This document shows, piece after piece, positions 24,960 to 36,435 of a stretch of DNA of 64,000 bases; the stretch's first letter is position 1; each line of letters opens with the position of its first letter. This DNA comes from Perkinsus chesapeaki ATCC PRA-425 (Eukaryota; Protista; Perkinsozoa). The notes beneath the pieces were generated by a model. It made no database searches. It was not told the origin of the DNA and saw nothing but the letters and a program-made list of their open reading frames with translations. Where the stretch lies: NCBI GenBank assembly GCA_013115145.1, contig JAAPAO010000001.1, positions 248,001 through 312,000 on the forward strand. Direction: 5' to 3'. The translations under genes were made by a program, and so were the position numbers.

Positions 24960-27500
24960 TACATAGGGAGGTCGCTGTGGGGGGGGCAAGGGCTTGAGGA
25001 AGGTGGGAAGGCAGTATAGTTGTTGGAGGGCGGCGGGAACGGTCCCGATATATGGTAGAGCGATGACAAGCAATGCTGTAGAGAATGGTGATGCGGAATG
25101 TGGTTCGACTCTAATGAGCCTGTGCCTTCACCGAGCTGCTGGAGTCGCTCTTGTTCTTCTCCATCATCACTACTCATTGCGTTCATTCTATTCAGCTGAA
25201 TAGGCAGCTTCATGACAACCCAAGCCAGGGTATCCCGACAAAGCTCTATCAAGATGTCTACGATGAGATTGTCCGCCGAGTAAGATGATGACCTGTTCCC
25301 TCGACAAGTGTTGTTAATTATTACCAGTTACCCGCCTTTAGAGGATACGATCCAACACCACAGATTCGAGCGGCAATCGTTGATAATATCACCAACGCTC
25401 CTGAGATCACTCGTGTGCAGCAATTCTCAACCATGTTTGGTCTACTCGTGCCTTTTAGCCCTTCCCGTGGAATCCTCCGGCATCCATGAGATGATTATTC
25501 CACTGCTAAATGCGATGAGCGCCAATTGCTGTGAACTGTGCCGCAGACCGGAGCGCCAAGGAGCTTCTTCCTCATCATCATCCTCGAGTAGCTTCCTCGA
25601 CATCGAAGGTAGATGTTCGACGTTACCTTCTGAGGCGTATCTTTCTGTACAGATACAAGCTTTTTAAGAAGGCTCTGGGACCAGACGTATATGGGGTATG
25701 CTGATGCCTGGATAGGCGTCCCCTCTGCTATCCATGAGATAATGGCATGAGTAGTTATCATCATCATCAGCGGCGGCGGCTACATTTCTATGTAACCTAT
25801 TTCACCAACCACTTTCTATCAATTGATTCTTACCATACTATTATTGCGTTACAAGTACAAGCATATAACCATTTACCAAGGGGTAGTAGCACCTGCTATA
25901 TAACTCTACAGACCGTCATAGGATACCACGCACGATCACATGGGGATAAGTAACACTTATACTCGATGCCACCCTCATAACAAGGCCATGTTACAGACTT
26001 CGACTCGAATGTACCTCCAAGCACACTTGCTTCCCAAAACATTATGTTCCTCTGCGATGTTAGGATTATCAGTCTAACTATAAAGGGGGACGAGCTCGAC
26101 TGTCAATCCTATTACAAGGGCACATCTTTATTTTGAAAGTTTTCAATAACAGATGAAATGTTTTGCCGCCTTAACTCGGAAACCAAAGCCAATACGATAT
26201 AAGATACTGCATAGCCTACGTTAGCAAAAACATGCGTACTGTACACGGTGTATTAAATCTATGAAGAATCATTATCAACAGGAGGGGTAGACTCTTCATC
26301 AACCGGGGGTACATATGGAGCCAATCGGACGCCATCAGCTGGATGGGCAGCGTCATTTCTGATCGGCAATGATCCACTAGTGGCAAAAGTCATTCTCACT
26401 TATTAAGTGGTTGTTGATGATTCATCGACTCCACAAATGAATTGGTGCCAGGTTCGCGTTTAGCCGTGGCACGGCTCGGCATCGGCGCCAGTAAGGGCGG
26501 CGGTGGACTACCAACTCTCGGTAAGCCCCGGAACTGTTCCGACGAAGACGCCATTTGGGACCTGCCACCATGAGAGCGCCTGCGCCTCTTCGTAGCGTAC
26601 CCTTCTGTGCCACGGGATTCGTTAACAGCCTTGGTTGCCGCTGCCACAGCTGCATTGAAGATGGCTTGATCTGCATCCCAAGCTGACGAGGGTGGTGCTG
26701 TTGGTGGCCGCTGATTAGCGTAGTACATCTGAGATATCGGCCAGGAAGTGGAACACGTCAAGCGGCGGAGGCGGTTACTGGTGAATTATCTCGCCATTGT
26801 TCCATCATGCGGCATACTTGCTGTTGGATACATTCCCTTATCTGCTGTTCAATCCTAACAAGGTGGCTCCCTGTCACGTTGTCCTCAATGCTAATACTCT
26901 TACTGGCTTCGAATCATCTCCTCTATATACAAGGGCAGTCCAGAACGCTGCTGCTGTGGTGGCGGTATATCTGAGCACGGAACTCCTTCTAGATGTCCTC
27001 CTTTATCGTGCTGCCTTACCGTAGTAGCCTGGACCGTACACAGGAGATGGCATCCTACTATGGTACCTAATGAGCGGTTATCGTGGTAACCCATTCCTAA
27101 CTACGCTTCCCTAGACGGCAGCAGACCAGAGGACATCTGCTGCTGCTGCTGTTGCTGTTCGTATCTGTATATTCGTTCATCAACCATCACACACCGTCAT
27201 GGATCCCACCTTCCCTCCATAATAGCCATCGCAGCTGCTGCCACTGCGGCCCCAAAGGGATCCTGACCAGGGCTCTTAGCGTACTGGGCTGAGGGGGCTC
27301 CAGCCGTGTGGAACTGCTCCCCAGACCAGCAGCTCCCTGGGTTGTTGAAGCCACTATGAAGGCGTTGTCTAACTCCCTCTTGGAACTGACGCTCCCATCT
27401 GAGAGCATTGCTCCTTCAACTAGTGCTATAAACCACCGACTGTATCCTAGCCATCTCCTCCTGCCTCAGTGCCGCCTCACGGTAGATACTCCACTTTGAG
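24956..27500 (-). CDS. Hypothetical multi-exon protein with low-complexity segments
   Basis: Several minus-strand ORFs with protein-like composition (e.g. 26396-26761, 25495-25767, 24956-25252) separated by intron-sized gaps. Boundaries are uncertain. Confidence 0.3.
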
Positions 27501-28594
27501 AACCCAGGACCATTCTGGTAGCCTGCCCAAGAGGTTCTGGGCCTCGTTACCTCTATGCATAGCTCACCATAAGCGGCTGGATCCATAGGGAAATCACCGG
27601 GAGGAAACTGATGTGAAGGTCTGAGTAACAGACGTATAGGAGCATCAGATGTTAGGCACAGACGAATATTTGATATTTGCTACTATTATAGGAACACATT
27701 CTCTATCAACATTCTCATTCTACCTACTCCACATTATATGCACTTTCCGACTTCCTAGGAACACGCCTCCATTTGGAGGCCAGATGTGGCCTCGAGAGAT
27801 ACTAGTGACATAGTGTGACAATAGGCTAATAGCAAACATAATAAAGTGTATGTTGTTAGTTACAAGACAGGCGGTATTCTTCAGTCTACTGGGAAATATA
27901 TCCTTAGCTCTCTCTCCCAACCTACTCTGGCAGGCACGGTGTCGGTGACGGTACTGATGTGCTGGCATATGGACTTGAGGCTAGTGAGGATGACATAGGA
28001 GAACTAGAAGCGCATCGAGCTCGACCCTGGCAGCACGATCTAGTCCCCTCCACCGAGTAGTTGAGTACTCTAAGATTGCCCATAAGCGTTTGCCAGTCCA
28101 TAGTGACCCCGGGAGCCAAAGGGGCAAGAGGGGAGCCTCCTACTGGACTTGATACCGGAAGTGATGGTGCGAAACCTGATAGGTCATCTTATGGTGGAAT
28201 ATGCACCGATTCTTACATGGTGGAGTAGCTGACGGTGGAGGCAGCTGCATACCAAGGGGCCTAGGAACCCTCTTATTATTAATTGGTAGCTGCATTGGTA
28301 CCTTACGGAAAATGCCCCATCCCGGGATCGAACCCTCGACCTTTCCCTACCTTATTATCGAAGTGATCAGACTGTGTATAGGCATTCGCCGGCCCGGATG
28401 TAATCTCTTTCGAGAGATCGACTGAAGTCGGTAGTCCAGGAACACTCATAATGTAGAATAAATTCAATCTCTCGAAAAGAACCTCTCCCATCTGCCCAAC
28501 TGAACGCAGCGCCAGCATCAATAACAACATAACTCATTGGTAAAATGGTTTCATGAAGTTCTCTACACAGACCGCCGCCTACGGTGACGATTTT

Positions 28595-29311
28595 TCACCG
28601 CTTCGACGTCTTGACCTGATAAATAGTAACACGAGCTCGCAACTCCTTCGTACTATGGAGATCATAGCTTGATCGCCGCGATCGTGGATGAGGCTGGTCG
28701 CTATATTGTCGATGTCGAGCACTACCTCCAGTGCCCACCCGAGATACTCTACGTGCAAGGTGCTCAGGCTGTTCATCAAGCAGCCCTCTATATGTTTGTG
28801 GGACTACAGCCCGACCGTGTGATGGTCTCCGGTGCTGCTGCTGCTGCTGCCGGTCATTCAAGCTAGTAATGGATTGACCGGACGGCGACCTGGTGGGATG
28901 TGCATGGCTTCCAGAGGTTGATACAGATCCTGTTGGCCTGGGCCCAGTAGGGAGCTCCAGGTCTCTCGGACTGATAGGCTCCTCAATATCGCCCACCTTA
29001 GTTCCGAAATCTGAGGAGGATAGTTCTTCGAAGCTCGTTGCCGATGAAGTAATGAAGGTACCGATGGAGACGCTCCGTCTAGGTGCCTCGACTTGATGAT
29101 AAGTATCCTCCTTAAGTTGAGGCCGGACTCTTAGGTTGGAGCGTGCACTAGTATAGGCGATGCCGGTGAGTATGCTGACAGCTACCAAGGAGCCCCCTAT
29201 TATAACTGGAAAAAATAACAGAGGTAAAGGCGGTACAGTGGGGCTTACAAACAAGAGCGATGCCCGAGATACCCTTATCGTCGACATCGGGCTGGATTTG
29301 AGGGCCACCAT
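28595..29311 (-). CDS. Large exon of a hypothetical single-pass membrane protein
   Basis: 238-aa open frame with a hydrophobic stretch (LLFFPVIIGGSLVAVSILTGIAY) followed by Ser/Pro/Gln-rich disordered sequence. Confidence 0.4.
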   Translation of the reverse strand: MVALKSSPMSTIRVSRASLLFVSPTVPPLPLLFFPVIIGGSLVAVSILTGIAYTSARSNLRVRPQLKEDTYHQVEAPRRSVSIGTFITSSATSFEELSSSDFGTKVGDIEEPISPRDLELPTGPRPTGSVSTSGSHAHPTRSPSGQSITSLNDRQQQQQHRRPSHGRAVVPQTYRGLLDEQPEHLARRVSRVGTGGSARHRQYSDQPHPRSRRSSYDLHSTKELRARVTIYQVKTSKR

Positions 29312-29915
29312 CAGTCCTGAAGCCAGGAGGAATGGACGGAATGATTAAAGTGAACAACCTACGGTATATTATTTCCTTGATAGTTGTTGTAGAATCTATC
29401 ACATGTAACACCATCACCATTACGAGCCAATGCCTTATCAACTTGACAGAGTGTCTGGCTGCTGCCACTGACAACAATAAACCAATCACACTTCACTAAA
29501 CTAGTTTCGCGGCCAAATTGAAAGGAGCGATAAAATTGAGCTGTAAAGGTTTCTGTACGGATCCTGAGCTTAGTGGCAAATTCACAGAGTTGACCTATCA
29601 GAAAAACAAAACAGAGGCGACAATCCTGAGTTCACCTGGAGTCACATAAAGTTGGATCACGATCCCATTGGACCTCGAATCTTTGAGTATCAACATCCTA
29701 AAGAATGGTATTATTAGTGTACGCGGATTACTGCCTCCTACTTGAATGATATAGGCTGATAGATAGGTACCAGAGCTAGGGTACTGAGCCCACACTCTAG
29801 AGCCTACATTACAGGTATAGACAAGGTATAATAAGGATAGTAAAGGAAGGAAGGAAAACATACCAAAGTAGACGGAAAGAACAAAACTTCAAAATAAATT
29901 GCGCAGTTGGAAAAA

Positions 29916-29988
29916 TGACAGGTGTGGGGATCGAACCCGGATCGCTCATTTCCATGGACTGTGCGCACCAATTCTGCTAACAGTTGTT
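29916..29988 (-). pseudogene. Degenerate tRNA-like remnant
   Basis: The minus strand has an A-box-like TAGCAGAATTGG, a B-box GGTTCGATCCCC, a 3' acceptor-like ACCTGTCA and a TTTTT terminator. The 5' acceptor strand and anticodon arm do not pair. Confidence 0.45.
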
Positions 29989-30042
29989 TTGTGAATGCTC
30001 TACCCTATCGTTGTACATGTAGAGTTTCCTTCACTCTTTAGG

Positions 30043-30255
30043 ATGACCAACATACCCGAAGTTCTTTGTCGACCGTCTTCCTTATCATCTTCTCGATCTT
30101 CTAATCTACCCCGATGGAATGGGAGACATCATGTTGTGTTCTCTAAGGACAATGAATGCTTTACCAACTATGCAAGGAGCTATTTTGATAGGCCACGGAC
30201 ATTCCTTGAGGATGATATACTCGAAGGGGCTAAGATCGAGGTCCACGCAATGTAG
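30043..30255 (+). CDS. Short hypothetical protein/exon carrying WNGRHHVVFSKDN...RSYFDR motif
   Basis: ATG lies just after a pyrimidine tract and AG. The motif is shared with the 30565-30939 ORF. Confidence 0.45.
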   Translation: MTNIPEVLCRPSSLSSSRSSNLPRWNGRHHVVFSKDNECFTNYARSYFDRPRTFLEDDILEGAKIEVHAM

Positions 30256-30564
30256 GCAATGTTGGGCTCACATGGTTTTGGAAACCAACCCAAGTTCATA
30301 GTCGAAGATGCTTTCAAGCAGTCAATTTTTCTGGGGCGCATGGGAGCTCCGGGGGAGAGCAGTGTGACATAATGAAGATACTAGTACCTTGTGTACGTTA
30401 TTGTCTGACACTGTATACGGAACGAACGATGGGGATTCCGTAGGTTTACAGGAACAGATGTTTTGGTTAGGTACCCTACGTGGCGGTTAGACTGTTTACC
30501 ACCTGGCTCCAAGGCAGCTCGAAAGTGCCCTCCTAAAAGGCGCCTATTGACGAACTCGAGGGGA

Positions 30565-30939
30565 ATGCCAGTTGACCGGACATCAAGTGCCCAAGAGGGT
30601 CACTGGGATGGCCGTCATGCGGTGCTATTCGCAAAGGACAATGACGTTGTCTATACCGAACAAAGATCATTTTTTGATCGCTTCCGAGATCGGCCTAATT
30701 TCTCCAAAGATCCTTTCCAGAGAGGTGGGAAGGATTCCCTATGGTTGAGCAAGCCAGTAGAGGTTGCGTTGTTCTCTCCGTTAAAACCCAGCTGGAAGCT
30801 CAGCCAGACTAGTCTTCATTACAGGGAGGGCAGTGGCCTCGGTCCCAGAGCCTCGAGTATGCCTAAATCAGGTAGCCTTGGTTGTAGAGTGGGTTGGATA
30901 AGACAGAGTGTTGTTAGTATTCCGATCAGCATTTTATGA
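30565..30939 (+). CDS. Short hypothetical protein/exon carrying WDGRHAVLFAKDN...RSFFDR motif
   Basis: Paralogous motif to 30043-30255. The start is taken at the internal ATG (MPVDRT) of ORF 30463-30939. Confidence 0.45.
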   Translation: MPVDRTSSAQEGHWDGRHAVLFAKDNDVVYTEQRSFFDRFRDRPNFSKDPFQRGGKDSLWLSKPVEVALFSPLKPSWKLSQTSLHYREGSGLGPRASSMPKSGSLGCRVGWIRQSVVSIPISIL

Positions 30940-33761
30940 GCCTGGAGAGTGTGATTGGGTGGAGCGTCATCAGGTGTCGTTCAGTCAAACAAATCCATCT
31001 ATAAGTAAAAACCTGCGGAGCTATTTCGATAGGTAATAGGAAGGGGGAGGATGGGTGTTTAAAAATCCTACCATCTTAAGTGGAAACCTCAATGACATTG
31101 TCCTCCGTTGAGGCTGCCATTCAAATAGGCCGTCTGTCGTAGACTGAACCTGAGTGTATTTCCGAGCTGATCTCTTGAACGTTAATCGCCGATTAAGCTG
31201 CCGTTGGAAGGTCCATTAGCTCAAGTGTTGGGTTGAGCTCGAGCATGTAGCGTTATAGAACTACTTGATTGTTGTGGAAGAACAGTGTAGTTGATAGTAA
31301 TCTGCATTTGACTTTGGGGTAGGAGTTGGTGCCATTTTAGGCCTAGGGATCTAGTGGACGTACCTGGTGACGATTCATCATTAAAGGAGGTATTCATACC
31401 GACATTTCCGCAGAAATATGGGATCTATTCAGACAACTGATGTAGCGAAGTCCCCCCGACAGCTTGCCGTTACTTGGCGGCTAGCTCCGGATGGCCGCCG
31501 AATTAGGCGGAAGCAGGTAGGCTGAATGAGGGGATAGGGGAAATCCGATGCTACCAGAAGGGATGCGTTTGATTATCAAATGTTGCATACACATGGTGAC
31601 ACATCGTGCTTCTACTAGGAATACTATCATCAAAGATTGGATGCATCGAGGGAATTGGTAAAAAGCGATGTCATAGCCTATGCGCCTAGAAATTACGAAC
31701 GTGTCTCGTGGGCACTTGGAGGCATCTTGAGGATCATCCTCTCCCAATGAGCTGCTGTATTGATAGGCTCGCACTGCGGCATTCTTCTATCCACCGACGG
31801 TAGTATGGATTCCACCTCGACGGAAAAGAAGAGGGAAACAGGCAGCTACAGAGGAGCTTGAAGGTAGCTTGGTGGTTGGGGGCTTATCCATGATGCTGTT
31901 TGTTAAAGGTACCAATGAACATGCTTGAACAACATTTAGAAAGCATGTGTTACTGATGTTATGGATAATAAGTGTAGTGTTGTAACTGGGGGAGGGTTAG
32001 GGGAGAAAGATAACAGCCGCTGTTATTAACGGCAATAGTAATACTACTGATAATATATATAATACTATTAGTAATAATGATAAATATAAGAGTATTAGTA
32101 ATGATGTTATATATAATAGTATTAGCAAAGCAGCGCCTCTCTACAGATTGAATTATATCATACTTGCTGTATAATTTGTTAACCTGCCTACCATCTCGCT
32201 AAGTTGTGCCCTATCCTGAGTCCACTTATGGATACCGAATTAATAACCCAAGCTACCTCGTATACTGCCCTTAACAGAGGCATTCTTAATACCATAATAG
32301 ACCCACAACACGTACATGGTAATAATAATAAGAAGTATATCAATTCGCACAATGGCTATTACTCAGTTGAGTATCCTCCTAGAACCGTGGAAAGGTTCCT
32401 GTATAGTTCCCCGGTGCCTACTAATGCTCCTCAAGGAGGAGTCAGAGTCTACAGTCCAAAGCCAGGTAGGTGAGACTGAGCTGGTCACTTGATGGTTGAT
32501 CAGGTGTGTTGATTAAGACGGATCCGTTGGTACCATGCCGAGATCGAAAGGGTAGTAAGTTTGAGAGGACCCATTGGCATTGACCATGTTATATGTTAGT
32601 GTCTTTGTAACGTTATGAGGTTGTTGAGTTCCTGGGGGGTCTTCGGGGAGTTGATTGCATCTTCGGCTGCATTTGTCGCATTCATTAATCCTGCCTAGGA
32701 CTAGGGATGTATGTGATGCGATGGCTAGCGGCCTTGGAGCCAATAAGTATTTCAATCATGCACGTCTTCCTCGACAGCCGTTTCCTATCAGCCTCAGTTG
32801 CTATCACCATGTCTGATGGTGAGATACCGGAAATAGTGAACCAATGACGTAAAAACTTTTTACGGGTTTTCGGGGTTTTTCCTAACAAGCCTTCCTGTGA
32901 AGGTTTGGTATGTTCCCACGAGCATCGTCGTATGGTAGATTGTCATTTTCTATTGATGTCATCTCTGTTTTGATTATGCAGTCATCGCTTCCCCCACTGA
33001 ACGCTACTACGAGCGTCTATTCTTGCGGCTCCACAGAGCGTCATTTTATTCGAGAGTTTGACAACACAAATTCCTGTCTTCCTGATATATTCAAATCTGG
33101 TAGGATATATGGTTACAAAGATATTGCCAGGGGAGTTGACCGAGGCATGAGGGCTGGTATGAAGCAAAGTGAAGGAAAGCTGAAGGGAGGAAAGGGCAAT
33201 CCGCCGATGGATTCCATGTCCATGTGGAGCAGTTCTGGCGACAGTAGCTTTGGAGGGGACTTGTGGTTGGAGGATAGCAGTACTGGACATATGGCAACCA
33301 TACGGAAGGTAGTAATAGAGGGGAAGTGTACGGTAGTATAGTACGTAGATAGTATAGTAGTCGTAGTAGTATAGTATGTAGGTAGAAGTGTACGGGCTGT
33401 TACGTACTTGTAACGGGGGTAGTAGCTGGGAAGGAAGGGTAGAATTAAGGTTATGGGGTTACCTGTGGGCTATATTGGAACATGTAATGGAATATACTAT
33501 AGATGATGCTGCTCTACTAGCTGCATAGGCACAGCGTGCCCGGCTTTGATAATAGTCGGTTGTCGTAAATCCGTCCGAGTTAGACGACCTGTATAAACCG
33601 TCCAGGCCAGTAAGTTCGAAGCATAGCAAGACATTTTACACTTCAATGTTGGTTACTTTTCGAGGACTGTCACTCAGTGGCGGCTACTAGAAATGTTTCT
33701 GTGCTACCGTGTGTTAGTGGTACCTCCGCCTTGCTGTTAGGCACCGTCTAATAGCGCGGCC

Positions 33762-36196
33762 ATGTCGACCAGTTATTCAGCTCTGAGCGTCTTGGAGAAA
33801 GAGGACTCCAGAGTGTGCGCTAGACACCACAGTGTAGAGCAAAGGCTTAGAGCGCTTGCTGTACTGGAGGATAAACATCGACGGTACTTGGAAAAGATCC
33901 ACGAGTAAGTTGAAGCGCTGCTGGGTCTGGATTATTGGGAATGGTTTTAGGCTCCGAGAGAGTGCAAGGGAGGATGCGGCGAAGTTGAGAGATCGACTGA
34001 AGAGTATACGAAAGGAAGGCATGGAGATTCGGGCGATGAACCGAAGTCATGGAAGTCGGGATCATCACATCAGTGTGCCCAATCTGCTGGAATTGGCACC
34101 ACTTGACGGCAGATTAGCGTTAGAGAATGTAAAGCCTAACGAGGAGGATGGAGGAGATGGCAGCTGCGATGTTGCCGGTACGATCTTGCATGACATGTAT
34201 CGACGCATAAGCCCGCATATACGTGGGAAATCCCATACGCAACTGGCACGGCGAAGATCGGGGAAGTCGGAGGAATTTGCAAACTATCGTCGCCGCAGCG
34301 TTATTGGTGTGTCGCAGGCAGGAGTAGATCTCCCTATGTTGGAAAGGTTGGCTCGGATAACTCGCTGGCTTAACAGTAATTCGGGCAAGTGGGGACCGTC
34401 GGCCCAGCCTGGAGCTCTGAATGTGAAGGCATTGATGACGATGACGCCTCGAGGGGCATTGAGGAAAGTGCTAGAAGTGCGGTGCGGAAGCCTTAAGAAA
34501 GCGTATCAAAGTCTCGATCTGAACGGCAACGGGGAGGTCTCCCTGCATGAGTTTGAGGATGGGCTGAAATCGCTTGGAGTGCCATGGGCTGACATCACTG
34601 GCACGGGGAAGTTCAGGACTGTATTCAAACTTTTCGATGAGAATGATACCGGCGAGGTTAACCTGGTGGAGTTTTTGGGGGTTCGCCCGCATCCGACGCG
34701 ATGGGAGGATATGACAGACGAACAGAAATGGTAAGTCTGGGGGTTAGCGGAGTTGTTAAGGGTGCAGGATAGGGGCTGTAATGCAACGGTAGAGGGGGTT
34801 GTTGTTAATTATAGAGGATATCGGGTAGGATATGAGTTGGTTAGGCACCATTATACAAGGGGAGTCTGCGATATGCTACCATCGGCCGCAGTTGCAACGA
34901 CAATGATGGATGGATGTTACAGGAATAAGAGAAGGCTTTCGGGGGACAGGTAACACAAAGTAGACATGTATGCATGGCAAGATTAATCAAGATCGGCCTG
35001 GTAGACTATTAGTCCCAATATTCCTTGTTTCTGCCAAATTTGACCGGTCATGAAGTGCTTATCTTGGCTTAACGTTTTGGACAGCTGCGGCGGTGGCGTC
35101 GTGGTGATATTGGATACTGAAGAGACGACTTCGCCTTCGCATTACCGTTGGCTTGAGCGGGAATTGCTATTAATAGACCACCTGCCCAAGAATTGTGATC
35201 ACTGTCACTTATTGCAGGACTGCTGCTTGGAAAGCCAACGCCCCTTCGCCCTACGCCACTCTGGCGAGGATACGGGCAATGGAAGACTCGCGGCACTTCG
35301 TTAAGATGAGATTCAGAAGCGGCGACCACACCGTTACGAAGAAGTAAGGAGAACCTTTCGAGCTTACATTTGCAGCATTGTTAGAAAGATACGTTAAAGT
35401 GGGCACAGATCTGAGGAGTCTGAGGAACGAGCGACAGGCGGCAAAACAACGCATGGAGGACTCGCGGCGGAGGTGTGATGCGATGATACATGAGATGGGT
35501 CACTACAGGAAGGATATCGGAAAGGCTTCCAAGGAGCTATATGTGAGATACATCATCCTCGTTCGTGATTGTCGGTTTCAGACCTCCCTGGTGGCCTCAG
35601 CCGACCTGAATGCTGAGATGTTCAACGAGGCTGGTGATAAGAAATCAAAGAACAAGTGCGAGAAACTCCTGCATGAATGCTCGGAGGGTTGAGGTCAGAT
35701 TCGTCGATCGGGCTGAGAAGAATCGACGAGCTTTAGAGAGGCGCAGAACTGAGGCCGCTGATCACCTAAATGCCCACAGTGGTGGTGGATCAGTATTTGA
35801 GGCCAATAGGCAGCGGTGCTTCGATGCCGAGGCAATCGATAAAGTCATCATCACCATCGCATGGTCGTTGGTCTGATGCAAAGCGTGCTGCTTGTTAGGT
35901 GCACATTTTCATGAACCTTGAGGCAGAACTGTCGCCGCGGGAGAGAGAGGTTCGGAAGGTCGCCAAGGAATACGATATACCGCTTATCGATGCCGAGGAT
36001 GTTTTCTGCCAGTTTAAAAAGGCAAGGCTTCGGCAACATTCGTGACTTAACTACTTCAAGTCAGGTCTGCCCAGGGGACTCCTCGCTCATGAACCGGGCG
36101 CAGTTCGAGACTTTAATTTTGCATCTCCTTAAGGTGAGTCTCTCCCTGCATGAATGCGTCACCACCGTGGCCTCAGCTGACAGCAGTGCGCCCTAA
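33762..36196 (+). CDS. EF-hand calcium-binding, coiled-coil protein (multi-exon)
   Basis: Paired EF-hand loops DLNGNGEVSLHEF and DENDTGEVNLVEF, followed by charged coiled-coil exons (LRSLRNERQAAKQRMEDSRRR). Confidence 0.75.
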
Positions 36197-36435
36197 CAGA
36201 CTTGAAGAGTGGTGGCGAAGTGCGGACAAACGGCAGAGGGGGCAGATTGGGTTTGTCGACTTCCTTCGCTTCTATTGGCTTCGCCTTCGTGATCGTTCTT
36301 CATGACCTTCATGCCACCTCATCATGCTCATATTGCTACTGTCACTGTCTCCTCTTTTGTGTTGCTTGCTCTATCCTGTCTTAGTTGAATGCTCCTCCTC
36401 TCCTCCTCCTCCTCCTCCTCCTCTTCTTTGTCTTG

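Noticed and set aside
31950-33500. AT-rich TAA/TAG-type low-complexity tracts (about 31950-32180 and 33320-33400)
   Set aside because: Irregular microsatellite-like intron or spacer sequence with no periodic unit or spacer structure. It is not a CRISPR or telomeric array.
36391-36425. (CTC)n run read as a poly-Leu signal peptide in ORF 36385-36651
   Set aside because: More simply a pyrimidine tract upstream of the PI4K start ATG at 36436.
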